DNA of 64,000 nt. Origin: an uncultured Solirubrobacterales bacterium. GTDB taxonomy: Bacteria > Actinomycetota > Thermoleophilia > Solirubrobacterales > Solirubrobacteraceae. The stretch's first letter is position 1. Each line of letters begins with the position of its first letter. The stretch spans positions 2,565,079 to 2,629,078 of the forward strand of contig OY970251.1 of NCBI GenBank assembly GCA_963715535.1, in the 5' to 3' direction. The position numbers were made by a program, and so were the translations under genes. This document shows, piece after piece, positions 38,876 through 49,464 of the stretch. The notes below the pieces were generated by a model. It made no database searches and was not told the DNA's origin. It saw nothing but the letters and a program-made list of their open reading frames with translations.

Positions 38876-39705
38876 ATGGGAGGCGATGCGATCGTTGCCC
38901 GGGATGGAGCGTTTGCCGCACGTTCGCTGACGGTGCGCTTTGGCGGCATCACTGCGCTTGACGCGGTCTCCTTCGAGCTTGCCGGTGGCGAAGTCCTGGG
39001 TGTCATCGGCCCCAACGGCGCCGGCAAGACGACGCTGTTCAACGTCATCTGCGGCTTCGTGCAGCCGCAGTCGGGGACGCTCGAGTGGGACGGTCGGAAG
39101 CTGGCGAAGGTCGGTGCGAACCGGCTCGCCCGGCTTGGCATTGCGCGCACGCTGCAGGGCGTGGGTCTGTTTCCACGCTTGACCGTGCTCGAGAACGTGA
39201 TGGTCGGCGCGCAGCGCTTCCGCCGCGCGGGTGTCGCGAGCGCCCTCTTGGGCCTGCCGCGATCCGATCGCGACGAGCGCGCGCTGCGCGAGCGCGCGCT
39301 CGCGGCGCTGGCGGACCTGGGATGCGAGGACGTCGCGGCCCGCCTGCCGCCCACGCTCGCCTACCCGGTGCAAAAGCGCGTGGCGCTCGCACGCGCGCTC
39401 GTCTGCGAGCCGCGCTTGCTGCTGCTCGACGAGCCCGCCGGGGGTCTCGGCGCGGACGAGGTGCGCGAGCTCGGCGAGCGCATCCGCGCTTTGCGCGGAT
39501 CGATGGCGGTGATGCTCGTCGAGCACCGCATGGATCTCGTGATGTCGGTCTGCGACCGCGTCGTCGTCCTTGACTTCGGGCGCGTGATAGCGCAGGGAGA
39601 TCCCGCCACGATCAAGCGCGATCCAGCGGGTGCTCGAGGCCTATCTGGGTCGCGCAGCGGTAGGCGGAGGACGTCGCTCCCAGCTGGGAGGGAGAGGACG
39701 CCTGA
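38876..39705 (+). CDS. livG: Branched-chain amino acid ABC ATPase; 3' frameshift
   Basis: GPNGAGKT, GIARTLQ, LLLDEPAGG and VEH motifs; end coordinate approximate. Confidence 0.85.
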
Positions 39706-39710
39706 GCGCA

Positions 39711-40417
39711 ATGGCACTCCTGGAGATCGAGCAGCTCACGATCGACTACGGCCCCGTGCGCGCCGTGGACGGGGTCACGCTCGCGGTCGAGCGAGGGCAG
39801 CGTCACCGCCGTGCTCGGGGCCAACGGCGCGGGCAAGACCTCGCTGCTGCGCACGATCTCCGGGCTCGTGCGAGCGAGCGGCGGGCGCGTGCGGCTCGAC
39901 GGCGAGGACATCCTCGGCGTCGCGGTCGAGGACATCGCAAGGCGCGGGCTCGCGCACGTGCCCGAGGGCCGCGGCGTGATCGTCGAGCTCTCGACCGAGG
40001 AGAACCTGCGCCTCGGGGGCCTCTGGCGAGGCGCGGGGGCGGCGCCCCTGAGCGACATGTACGAGCTGTTTCCGCCCCTGCGCGAGCGACGCACGCAGCT
40101 CGCCGCATCGCTCTCCGGCGGGGAGCGCCAGATGCTCTCGATCGGCCGGGCGCTGATGGCGCGCCCGCGCGTGCTGCTGCTCGACGAGCCCTCGCTCGGG
40201 CTCGCGCCGCTCGTGAGCGCCCAGATCATGCAGCTGATCTCGAACCTCGCCGTCGATCGCGAGCTCGCTGTGCTGCTCGTCGAGCAGAACGCGCGCAGCG
40301 CCCTGTCGATCGCCGACCGCGGCGTGGTGCTCAACCTCGGCCGCGTCGTGGCGGACGACGCGGCGCAGAGCGCTCGCCGCCGACGAGGGCCTGCGTCGCG
40401 CCTACCTGGGGTTCTGA
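39711..40417 (+). CDS. livF: Branched-chain amino acid ABC ATPase; frameshifted
   Basis: GANGAGKT, HVPEGR, LSGGERQML, DEPSLGLAP and VEQN motifs. Confidence 0.88.
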
Positions 40418-40419
40418 GC

Positions 40420-41302
40420 ATGACGAGATTCATCGACCTGACACTGAACGGGATCTCCACCGGGGCGGTATACGCCGCTGGTCGCGCTCGCGCTGGTGCT
40501 CACCTGGCGGGCGACGCGGATCGTCAACTTCGCCCAGGGCGGCATGCTGATGATCACGACCTTCATCGCATCGAGCGTGATCGGCAGCAGCGGCTCCTAC
40601 TGGCTCGGCTTCGCGGTCGCGCTCGTATGCGGCCTGCGTGCTCGGCGCGCTCGTCGAGCGTGGTGCTGATGCGCAGGGTCGAGGGTGGGCCTCCGCTCAA
40701 CGCGGTGATCGTCGCGCTCGGGCTGCTGATCCTGCTGGAGGCGCTCGCCGGAATGATCTGGGGCAACACGCCGCGATCGTTCCCTCCCGCCTTCTCGATC
40801 CGCGGCTACGACATCGGGGGCACGCGCGTGCTGTTCTCGCCGAACGACACCTTCACGGTGCTCGTGGTCATCGCTGTCGCGGCCGCGCCTGGCGGCGCTG
40901 TTCCGCGGCACGGCGCTCGGGCTGAAGATGCGCGCCGCCGCGTTCGAGCCGGAGGTCGCGCGCATGCTCGGCGTGCGGGTCGGGCGCATGTTCACGCTCG
41001 GGTGGGCGCTCGCGGCGCTCGTGGGCTCGCTCGCGGGCGTGCTCGTCGCACCGGAAGTCTTCGTCGGGCCCAACCAGTTCGATCCGATCCTCATCTTCGG
41101 CTTCACCGCGGCCGTGCTCGGCGGGCTCGACAGCCCCGTCGGGGCTGTCGTGGGCGGGGTCGTGCTAGGGCTCGCGCTCTCCTACGTATCGGGCTATGAG
41201 GGATCGTCGCTGGTTACGCTGGCGGCGCTCGTGATCCTGATCGCGGTGCTGATGATCCGTCCGAGAGGGTTGTTCTCGAGCACACAGGAGCGGCGCGTAT
41301 GA
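40420..41302 (+). CDS. livH: Branched-chain amino acid ABC permease; frameshifted
   Basis: NGISTGAVYA, IVNFAQG, MRAAA...A.MLGV and FTAAVLGGL motifs across frames. Confidence 0.85.
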
Positions 41303-42345
41303 ACGCTGTGCGCACTCGGATCCGTCGGCCTCGCGGCACGCTCGCGCGCTCGCTTGGACTGGTTGTGCTCGCCGGTGCGGTCCTGTTCGTCGCGAGCGAG
41401 GCGCTCGGAGAATTCGACGATCTGCAACTCGCCAGCGGCGCCTACTACTTCGCGGTGCTCGCGGGCCTCACGGTGCTGATCGGACTGAGCGGACAGATAT
41501 CGCTGGGCCACGGCGCGCTGATGGCCGTGGGCGCTTATACCGTCGCGCTGCTGATCGGCAACGAGCAGTGGCCGCTCGTCCCGGCGCTGCTTGCGGCGGT
41601 CGCTGTCACCACGATCGTCGGGATCGCCGTCGGCGCCGCCGCGACGCGTCTGCGGGGCCCCTATCTCGCCGGCGCGACGCTCGCGTTCGCGGTTGGCCTG
41701 CCGGCGCTCGCGGACAAGTACACGAGTCTCTTCGGCGGCGAGAACGGATTGGTCATCAACCCGCCCACGCCGCCGGCTGGGCTCGGTGCGAACTTCCCCC
41801 TGGAGCGCTGGGAGGCATGGATCGCCTGCGCCGGCGCACTCGTCGTGCTGTTCGTGATGAACAACCTCGTGCGCAGCGGGGTGGGGCGTACGTTCCGCGC
41901 CGTGCGCGACGACGAGATCGCCGCGTCGCTGTGCGGACTTCACGTGGGGCGCGTGCAAACGGTCGCCTTCGTTCTGAGCGCCGCCTGCGCGGGGCTCGGC
42001 GGGGGACTGCTCACGGTCGTCCTGCAGCTCGCCGCGCCTGGCGCGTTTGCGCTGCAGCTCTCCCTCTCGCTGCTCACGGCGGTCGTCCTGGGAGGGCTCG
42101 GCTCAATCGTCGGCGCCGTCTGGGGCGCGGCGGTGCTGGTCTTGCTGCCCGGCTGGACAAACGACATCGCCCACTCGTTCTCGTTGTCCACCCAGGTCTC
42201 GGCGAACCTGCCGTTGGCGATCTACGGGCTCGTGCTGATCCTCGCGATGCTCCTCTGGCCGGGCGGCATCCAGGGCGCCGTGCGGGTGGTTGTCTCGCGG
42301 GTACGCGAGCGCCGGGCGCCGGGCGTGAAGCGAACCTCGCCGTAA
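41299..42345 (+). CDS. livM: Branched-chain amino acid ABC permease
   Basis: GQISLGHGA, RLRGPYLA.ATLA and GR.FRAVRDDEIAA motifs. Confidence 0.92.
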   Translation: MNAVRTRIRRPRGTLARSLGLVVLAGAVLFVASEALGEFDDLQLASGAYYFAVLAGLTVLIGLSGQISLGHGALMAVGAYTVALLIGNEQWPLVPALLAAVAVTTIVGIAVGAAATRLRGPYLAGATLAFAVGLPALADKYTSLFGGENGLVINPPTPPAGLGANFPLERWEAWIACAGALVVLFVMNNLVRSGVGRTFRAVRDDEIAASLCGLHVGRVQTVAFVLSAACAGLGGGLLTVVLQLAAPGAFALQLSLSLLTAVVLGGLGSIVGAVWGAAVLVLLPGWTNDIAHSFSLSTQVSANLPLAIYGLVLILAMLLWPGGIQGAVRVVVSRVRERRAPGVKRTSP

Positions 42346-42429
42346 GAAAGCCGTCGATTTGCGTTACAAATCGTCCACAAACGGCTAACACCACAAGTGA
42401 GAGGTTTAGGCCATCGGGAGGAAGAGGAT

Positions 42430-43728
42430 ATGAGGCTCGGCAGCTACAAGACCAGGGCGACTGGTGTCGTCGGGATGATCGGTGTAGCGATCGTGCTTGC
42501 AGGGTGCGGCTCGAGCAGCAGCAGCGAACCCGGCGTGAGCGCGACGAGTGTCACCTTCGGCTCCCATCAACCGCTGACGGGTCCCGCCGCCCCCGGCTAC
42601 AGCGAGATCGCTCCGGCATCTCAGGCTTTCTTCAACTACCTGAACGCCCAGGGTGGCATCAACGGACGCAAGATCCACCTGATCTACAAGGACGACGAAT
42701 ACAACCCTGCCAAGACCGTCACCGTCGTCCACCAGCTCGTGCTTCAGGAAAAAGTGTTCGGAATCTTCGAGGGTCTCGGCACGCCCACCCACACCAAGGT
42801 CGTCGGCTTCCTCAACAGCTCGAAAGTGCCCGACATGTTCGTCGCCTCGGGATGCCCGTGCTGGGACAACGGCACCGCGCAGCCCTACACCTTCGGATGG
42901 CAGCCGAACTACACGATCGAGGGGAAGATCCTCGGTCAGTACATCAAGCAGCACTTCGCCGGCAAGAAGGTTGGCGTCTTCTATCAGGACGACGACTTCG
43001 GCACCGGCGGGCTGACCGGGATCAAGTACGAGGTGCCGGCGAGCCAGATCGTCTCCGCACAGCCCTACCAGCCGGGCGTCACCAACGTCGCGCCGCAGAT
43101 CTCCGCGATCAAGGCGGCCGGCGCCCAGGTGCTCGTCGACTTCACCGTGCCGATCTACACCGCTCTCGGCCAGCTGGCGTCGTTCACGCTCGGCTACAAG
43201 CCGCAGCTGGTCGTCTCCAACGTCGGCATCGATCCGACCACGGTCGGCGGCCTGCTGAAGACCTACTCGAAGGGCAAGGCCGGGACGGAACTGATCGAAG
43301 GCGCGATCACCGACGGCTATCTGCCCTCGACAGCCGACCTGTCGAATCCGTGGATCGCGCTGTTCAAGAAGGTCCACGATCAGTACGACGCGAGCGCGCC
43401 GTTCGACGGCAACGTCGAGTACGGCATGGCAAACGCCTACACGCTCGCCCAGGCGCTCCAGCTCGCCGGCAAGAAACTCACCAGGCAGGATCTCGTCAAC
43501 GCGGTCAACGCGTCGGGTTCGAAGCTCGCCGGCCCGGGTCTGGTCCCGTTCCGCTACTCCACGAGCGTTCACGGCGGCTACGCCGGCGCCGAGATGGGTC
43601 AGGTCCGCAATGGGCAGATCGTGCTGTTCGGCGGCCCGCTCGTCACCGAACCGACGCCTGGCAGCCCGATCACGCCGTACACGACCGCGCAGCCCGCGCC
43701 GCCGGCGAGCGGCGTCTCGGTCCCGTAG
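42430..43728 (+). CDS. livK: ABC substrate-binding lipoprotein (Leu/Ile/Val type)
   Basis: LAGC lipobox; PLTGPAA; N.QGGINGRKI..DD.YNP. Confidence 0.92.
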   Translation: MRLGSYKTRATGVVGMIGVAIVLAGCGSSSSSEPGVSATSVTFGSHQPLTGPAAPGYSEIAPASQAFFNYLNAQGGINGRKIHLIYKDDEYNPAKTVTVVHQLVLQEKVFGIFEGLGTPTHTKVVGFLNSSKVPDMFVASGCPCWDNGTAQPYTFGWQPNYTIEGKILGQYIKQHFAGKKVGVFYQDDDFGTGGLTGIKYEVPASQIVSAQPYQPGVTNVAPQISAIKAAGAQVLVDFTVPIYTALGQLASFTLGYKPQLVVSNVGIDPTTVGGLLKTYSKGKAGTELIEGAITDGYLPSTADLSNPWIALFKKVHDQYDASAPFDGNVEYGMANAYTLAQALQLAGKKLTRQDLVNAVNASGSKLAGPGLVPFRYSTSVHGGYAGAEMGQVRNGQIVLFGGPLVTEPTPGSPITPYTTAQPAPPASGVSVP

Positions 43729-43848
43729 CCGCACGCGCGCCGCATGTCGAGCAGCGAGATCGAGCCCCGTCGACCCGCGGCTTCGACTGCTCGCGCCGGG
43801 CTTTTCGCGCCGGCATGACCGCCCTCGACGTCCGGCGAGGTGTGCTCC

Positions 43849-45294
43849 TCACCCGGCGACGCGCGATCGCAGTATCACTCGTGCGCCGCGTCCGGGGATC
43901 ATGGTGACATTGCGGTGGTGTGCGTGCTCGGGCTCGGGCCGGTCGGCCTCCAGATCCAGGCGGCGGACCATGGCCTCGAGCACCACACGTTGCTCGGCCA
44001 TCGCGAGCGCCGCGCCGAGGCAGCGACGGGTGCCACCGCCGAAAGGCAGCCACTCATATGTTCCAGGTGCCCGCCCACCCTCGTGCTCGAGCCAGCGCTC
44101 CGGGCGATAGGCGAATGGGTCGGGGTAGAGGTCCTCGCGATGATGAACAAGCAAGATGCTGATGCTGACACCCTGTCCCGCTGGTACCACGTACTCTCCG
44201 AGTCGCCAAGGCACGGCGACCCGGCGCCCGACGATCGGGATCACGGGACGTGAGCGCATGCCCTCGATGATGGCCGCCTCGACATGCTCTGCGGCTTGAG
44301 CGTCTGAGCGCACCGCGTCGCGCAAGCGCTCATACGCTGCCGGGGTGCGGACCAGGCGCTCCCAAGTCCAGGCCAGCGAGTTGGCGGTCGTCTCAAAGCC
44401 GGCGAGCACGAGTGTGAGCAGCTCGTCGCGCAGCTCGTGATCGGTCATCCGCTCGCCGTCCTCGCCGGTGGCGCGCAACAGCAGCGAGAGAATGTCTCCC
44501 CGCTCATCGAGGTCGGCCGCGCGACGACGCTCTTCGATCACGGGGTAGGTCGCGCGATCCAACAGGGCCACCGCGGCGCGCGTAGGGCCGACGGGCTTCT
44601 CGCGTCCCAGGTTCGAGAGTTCGCCAAGCAGCGCCATCGGAGAGGTCGAGGCTGCCGCCAGCTGCTTGATCGTGGCTCTCAGTCGATGCTCGGTGGTCCC
44701 CCGTGCGGGAGCGCCCTCGATGCCGAAGATGCCTGACATGATCACGTCAAGGGTGATGGCCTGCATCCTTGGGGCAAGAGCGAACGGGCGGCCAACGGGC
44801 CAGCGGTCGAGTTCTCGTTCGGTGACGTCGCGAATCATTTGCGCGTAACCCTCGATCGCCTCGCCGTGGAATGCAGGCAGCAGCAGCTTGCGCTGGCGCA
44901 GATGACTTGGTCCGTTCGCGGTCAACACCGAGTTTGGCCCCACGATCGGCCGCAGCGGCGACTCGGCGGTCAGCGAGGGCACCAGCTCGGGCTTGGCGGT
45001 AAACAGGGAGCGAACGTGGTCGGGGTGACTGGTCACGACGACCCCGCCAGGAATCACCACGAAGCGAACCTTGAACACCTCACCGAGCTGGCGTCGCGCG
45101 GCGAATACGAACTGGATCTGTCGCTTGGTGAAGCGCAGGGTCTGCAGGGTCCGAGGTAGCGGGACGCTCGGCGGTGCGTGCAGCGGCTCCGTGTCCTCTA
45201 CCGGGCCGGCCGGCGAGGCTGGTGCCTGCCCGATGTAGGGGGAGCGGTCAGGCGGCGCGTCGACTGGAGGATCTACAACTGAGGAGGGCTCCAT
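43849..45294 (-). CDS. Cytochrome P450
   Basis: AGFETT, EGMR, PERW and FGGGTRRCLG motifs. Confidence 0.96.
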   Translation of the reverse strand: MEPSSVVDPPVDAPPDRSPYIGQAPASPAGPVEDTEPLHAPPSVPLPRTLQTLRFTKRQIQFVFAARRQLGEVFKVRFVVIPGGVVVTSHPDHVRSLFTAKPELVPSLTAESPLRPIVGPNSVLTANGPSHLRQRKLLLPAFHGEAIEGYAQMIRDVTERELDRWPVGRPFALAPRMQAITLDVIMSGIFGIEGAPARGTTEHRLRATIKQLAAASTSPMALLGELSNLGREKPVGPTRAAVALLDRATYPVIEERRRAADLDERGDILSLLLRATGEDGERMTDHELRDELLTLVLAGFETTANSLAWTWERLVRTPAAYERLRDAVRSDAQAAEHVEAAIIEGMRSRPVIPIVGRRVAVPWRLGEYVVPAGQGVSISILLVHHREDLYPDPFAYRPERWLEHEGGRAPGTYEWLPFGGGTRRCLGAALAMAEQRVVLEAMVRRLDLEADRPEPEHAHHRNVTMIPGRGARVILRSRVAG

Positions 45295-45319
45295 CACGGA
45301 ATACGCTAGCGCACCGACG

Positions 45320-45343
45320 CCACTCGGCGCATGCGCCGAGTGG
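45320..45343. repeat. Perfect 24-bp palindrome centred on GCATGC
   Basis: CCACTCGGCGCATGCGCCGAGTGG; intergenic. Confidence 0.9.
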
Positions 45344-45361
45344 AACAGAATCCCTAAGCGG

Positions 45362-46219
45362 CTACTCGAACTCCGGCGCGCTCCAGCCGGGCATGACGTC
45401 GGGCAATCCATCGCTGACGCGCTCGGGGAAGCTCGCGGGGCGCTTCTCCAGGAACGCGGTGATGCCCTCGACAGCGTCAGCGGATTGGCCTCGCGCGACC
45501 ATCCCGCGCGAGTCGGCGCGGTGGGCGATCATCGGGTGCTCGGCGCCAAGCATCCTCCACATGAGCCGGCGGGCGAGCGCGACGGAGACTGGCGCGGTGT
45601 TCTCGGCGATCTCGCGCGCCAGCGCCCTGGCGGCGTCGAGCAGCTCGTCTTTGGGGTGCAGGCTGCGCACGAGCCCGCCCTCGAGCGCCTCCTGAGCCGA
45701 GAAGACCCGCCCCGTCGAGACCCATTCCATCGCGCGACCGATGCCGACGACGCGCGGCAAAAACCAGCTTGAGCACGCCTCGGGAATGATGCCGCGCCGC
45801 GCGAACACGAAGCCGATGCGAGCGTCATCGGATGCGAGGCGCACGTCCATCGGCAATGTCATCGTCGCCCCAACGCCGACGGCGGGCCCGTTGATCGCGG
45901 CGATCGTCGGCTTGGTCGATTCGAAGACCCGCAGCGTGAACTCGCCGCCGTTGTCGCGTGCCGGGCCGGCGCTCTCGTGCTTGCGGTGGTCGAATGTGTC
46001 ACCACCGCTCGCAAGGTCTGCCCCCGCGCAGAAGCCGCGGCCCGCGCCGGTGACGATGATCGCGCGCACCTCATCGTCTGCATCGGCGCGGTCGAAGGCG
46101 CTGCGCAGCTCTTGGCCCATCTGCGCCGTCCACGCGTTCAGCCGCTCGGGACGGTTGAGCGTGATCGTGAGCACGCCGTCGCTCGTCTCGGTAATGATCT
46201 GCTCGTAGTCCATAGCCAT
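45362..46219 (-). CDS. Enoyl-CoA hydratase/isomerase (crotonase)
   Basis: LNRPERLNA, FCAGADL and AAINGPAVGVG motifs. Confidence 0.95.
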   Translation of the reverse strand: MAMDYEQIITETSDGVLTITLNRPERLNAWTAQMGQELRSAFDRADADDEVRAIIVTGAGRGFCAGADLASGGDTFDHRKHESAGPARDNGGEFTLRVFESTKPTIAAINGPAVGVGATMTLPMDVRLASDDARIGFVFARRGIIPEACSSWFLPRVVGIGRAMEWVSTGRVFSAQEALEGGLVRSLHPKDELLDAARALAREIAENTAPVSVALARRLMWRMLGAEHPMIAHRADSRGMVARGQSADAVEGITAFLEKRPASFPERVSDGLPDVMPGWSAPEFE

Positions 46220-46382
46220 AGCGCTCTATTCTATGGAGCGCGCTCGAGATGAGCACTACGCCGGGCTGTCGCGGTCGTGGGTGCGCATCGACGCCGGCGC
46301 CGCCAACGGGTGCTCTGACCGGTCGTCGGTTGGCCATGTGCCTGTAGGCTCCCGGCCGACTCATCGGAAGGGAGGGAGCATC

Positions 46383-46736
46383 GTGAAGCTCGTGATCGCG
46401 ATAGTGCGACCGGAGAAGATCAACGACGTGCTGGAGGCGCTCTATCGTGCCGAGGTTCGTGGCATCTCGATGAGCCGAGTCCAGGGCCATGGCGGCGAGC
46501 TGGACCGGGTCGAGACCTACCGTGGCACGACCGTGAAGATGGGACTCTCCGAGAAGATCCGCTTCGAGGTGGCGGTCTCCGACGACTTCGTGCAGAGGGC
46601 CATCGACGCGTTCTGTGCGGGCGCGCGGACCGGTGAGGTGGGCGATGGCAAGATCTTCGTCCTGCCGCTGGAGCAGGCGGTCCGGATTCGCACCGGCGAG
46701 ACCGACGAAGGCGCTGTTACACCGGTAGACAAATGA
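46383..46736 (+). CDS. glnK: Nitrogen regulatory protein P-II
   Basis: MKLVIAIVRP, YRG T-loop and GDGKIFV..A.RIRTGE motifs; GGGAGGGAG RBS. Confidence 0.95.
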   Translation: MKLVIAIVRPEKINDVLEALYRAEVRGISMSRVQGHGGELDRVETYRGTTVKMGLSEKIRFEVAVSDDFVQRAIDAFCAGARTGEVGDGKIFVLPLEQAVRIRTGETDEGAVTPVDK

Positions 46737-48055
46737 CGGCTGCAAGCGCGATGGTGTCGATCCACGCGATGGCATCGATCCGTGTGAGCGCGGGGGACAC
46801 CGCTTGGATGCTGGTGGCGACCGCGATGGTGCTGCTGATGACTCCCGCGCTCGGCCTGTTCTACGCCGGCCTGGTGCGTTCCAAGAACACGCTCAACACT
46901 TTCATGATGTCGATCGGCGCGATCGCGGTCGCGATGGTCACGTGGGCGCTCGTCGGCTATTCGCTGGCGTTCGCCAAGGGCAATGGATTCGTCGGCGGGT
47001 TGGGTGACGCATTCATGCATGGCGTGGGCTTCGCCCCGCGATCTGGAATGGCGATCCCGCAGCTGCTGTTCTTTGCGTTCCAGGCGACGTTCTGCATCGT
47101 CACCGTCGCGCTCGTCTCAGGAGCTGTTGTGGAGCGGATGCGGTTCGGCCCCTTCCTGCTGTTCGCGGGCTTGTGGTCGGTGCTCGTGTACGCCGTGCTC
47201 GCCCACTGGTCTTTCGGCGGTGGCTGGCTGCAGGCGCACGGCACGCTCGACTTCGCGGGCGGCGTGCCGGTGGAGATGGGCTCCGGCTTCTCCGCGCTGG
47301 CGGCGGCGCTCGTGGTTGGCGCGAGGAAGGATTATGGGCGCCAGGCGCTGCTCCCGCACAACGCGGTGTACGTGCTGCTTGGCGCCGGTCTCTTGTGGTT
47401 CGGCTGGTTTGGCTTCAACGGCGGCAGCGGCTTCTCGACCGGCCATTCGAGTGTGCTCGCGTTCACGAACACGCTGCTCACACCGGCGTGCACGCTCGCG
47501 GTCTGGTTTGTGCTCGACCTGCTGCGCGGCAGGCGTGTGACCGCGATCGGCGCTGCCACAGCGATTATCGTGGGCTGTGTTGCGATCACGCCGGCAGGCG
47601 GCTACATCAGCCCTGCGTGGGCAATGGGGTTGGGCGCCCTTGCCGCATTGCCGAGCTACGCGATCATTCTCTGGCGCCCGCGCACGCGTGTGGATGAGAC
47701 ACTCGATGTGCTCGCCGCTCACGGCATGGCTGGATTCACCGGTATCCTCTTCATTGGATTTGTCGCCCAGCTGGCTTGGAACGGCAAGTCAAATGGCTTG
47801 CTGTACGGCAACGCCGCTCAGCTCGGCCACCAGGCGATCGCGGCGCTGGCCGGGCCAGCCTATGCCTTCACGGCCACATTCTTGCTTCTACGGCTGATCG
47901 GGTTGTTCATGCCGCTACGTGCCAGCGAACACGAGGAGGCGCTCGGCATGGACATCGTGCAGCACGGTGAGGAGGCCTACGCCACGGGAGAGGGTGCGAT
48001 CCTCGTCTCAACCGAGGCCGGGTTGGAGAGCGCGGTACCGGTGGCGCAGCCATGA
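46733..48055 (+). CDS. amtB: Ammonium transporter
   Basis: LMTPALGLFYAG, ERM, DFAGG, WFGWFGFNGG and AHG motifs. Confidence 0.96.
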   Translation: MTAASAMVSIHAMASIRVSAGDTAWMLVATAMVLLMTPALGLFYAGLVRSKNTLNTFMMSIGAIAVAMVTWALVGYSLAFAKGNGFVGGLGDAFMHGVGFAPRSGMAIPQLLFFAFQATFCIVTVALVSGAVVERMRFGPFLLFAGLWSVLVYAVLAHWSFGGGWLQAHGTLDFAGGVPVEMGSGFSALAAALVVGARKDYGRQALLPHNAVYVLLGAGLLWFGWFGFNGGSGFSTGHSSVLAFTNTLLTPACTLAVWFVLDLLRGRRVTAIGAATAIIVGCVAITPAGGYISPAWAMGLGALAALPSYAIILWRPRTRVDETLDVLAAHGMAGFTGILFIGFVAQLAWNGKSNGLLYGNAAQLGHQAIAALAGPAYAFTATFLLLRLIGLFMPLRASEHEEALGMDIVQHGEEAYATGEGAILVSTEAGLESAVPVAQP

Positions 48056-48198
48056 CCCTCGGCGGGGCAGGGTCAGCTGGCGCCGGCGAGGGTTGCCCTC
48101 CAAATCGCGTTGTTGCCCTCCAAATTGCGTCGATTATCTCGCCGGCACTTCAGCCCAAGCGGCTCGCGCGCCGATACTTCTAATCGGAAGCGCTTCAA

Positions 48199-48777
48199 AT
48201 GGTCGGTATGAACAGGCACATCACGAGACTGAACAGGCACATCACGCGACGCATTGCCCCGGTGGCGGTGCTCGTTGCGCTGCTCGCGCTCGCCGGCACA
48301 GCCAGTGGCGCCGCCACGTATTCTCCCGGCTGCGGTCAGGTGCCGATTGTGTACGGGATTCCACCGTGGGGCTTTCACACCGGTGCACCGATCGCGGGAG
48401 CCACCGGCAGCTTCGCCCGTGGGCACGGCGAAATCAATCTAGAAGCGCACACCGTCTCCGGGATACTCTGCCAGGAAGACCGTGTCCGAAACCAGCCAAC
48501 TCGTGCAATCACGATGACGGTCAACCACCATCTTCTCTACCAATCGCACTACGCGACGATGTGGGGCTTCCCCGGCAATATCATGAAGATCAAGGTTCGT
48601 GTGCGAGCCAGCAACGACCCGGAATGCACTGTGGGAACCGTTGGACGCGCAACCCTATTTGCGAGCTACAACGGTGTGCGCAGCGACAGCGTTCAATTCA
48701 GCTTCCCCGCCGCCTGCGCGGACCAGGACCGCCTGTACCACGGAACACAGGTCAACAACCAGGTACCGCCGCTGTAG
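48199..48777 (+). CDS. Secreted hypothetical protein
   Basis: Signal peptide (VAVLVALLALAGTASGA) and four Cys residues. Confidence 0.7.
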   Translation: MVGMNRHITRLNRHITRRIAPVAVLVALLALAGTASGAATYSPGCGQVPIVYGIPPWGFHTGAPIAGATGSFARGHGEINLEAHTVSGILCQEDRVRNQPTRAITMTVNHHLLYQSHYATMWGFPGNIMKIKVRVRASNDPECTVGTVGRATLFASYNGVRSDSVQFSFPAACADQDRLYHGTQVNNQVPPL

Positions 48778-48885
48778 CCCAGTCCGAGCGCAGGCCGTCA
48801 ACTACGCCTACCGCACAGGCATCGCAACACCGCCACACTAAGGTTCCACCGCGAACGGGTCACATCCCAAACTCGCCGAACCGCC

Positions 48886-49428
48886 ATGCACACGCTCAGG
48901 ACCGCCATCGATGTCGTCTGGATCGTCTTCTGGATCTACTGGCTTGCGTCCGCCTTTGGCGCGAAGGAGGGCAGAGCCGGCCGACGGCGGATCCCCTTGA
49001 ATGGCCTGACGGCCCTGTCGGTCGTCTTCCTCGTCCGCGTCTTCCGCGGCGGGAGCCTGGCTGTCCACAGCCCAGTCCTCGGAGCGATCGGCGCCGTGGT
49101 GTTCGCCTGCGGAATCGCGTTGGCGGTCTGGTCTCGCGTCCAGCTCGGGCGCAACTGGGGGATGCCGATGACCCAGAAGGCCGAGCCGGAGCTCGTCACC
49201 TCCGGTCCCTATCGATTCGTTCGCCACCCGATCTACTCGGGACTCCTCGCAGGGCTGCTCGGGACCGCGCTCGCGACAAACCCGATCGGCCTGATCGTCG
49301 CCGCGATCCTGGGGGCGTACTTCTACTACTGCGCATCCGTGGAGGAGAAGAATCTCACCGCGACATTCCCCACGAGCTATCCGGCATACCGGGCCGGCAC
49401 GAAGATGCTCATTCCCTTCGTCCTCTAG
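48886..49428 (+). CDS. ICMT/PEMT-family membrane methyltransferase
   Basis: LGRNW, LVTSGPYRFVRHPIYSG and EE..L...F...Y..Y motifs. Confidence 0.92.
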   Translation: MHTLRTAIDVVWIVFWIYWLASAFGAKEGRAGRRRIPLNGLTALSVVFLVRVFRGGSLAVHSPVLGAIGAVVFACGIALAVWSRVQLGRNWGMPMTQKAEPELVTSGPYRFVRHPIYSGLLAGLLGTALATNPIGLIVAAILGAYFYYCASVEEKNLTATFPTSYPAYRAGTKMLIPFVL

Positions 49429-49464
49429 TCGTGGATTGTAGAAACGACACTCAAATCTCTGAAA

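Noticed and set aside
48209-48246. TGAACAGGCACATCACG duplicated with 21-nt period
   Set aside because: In-frame micro-duplication at the start of a signal peptide; no evidence of function.
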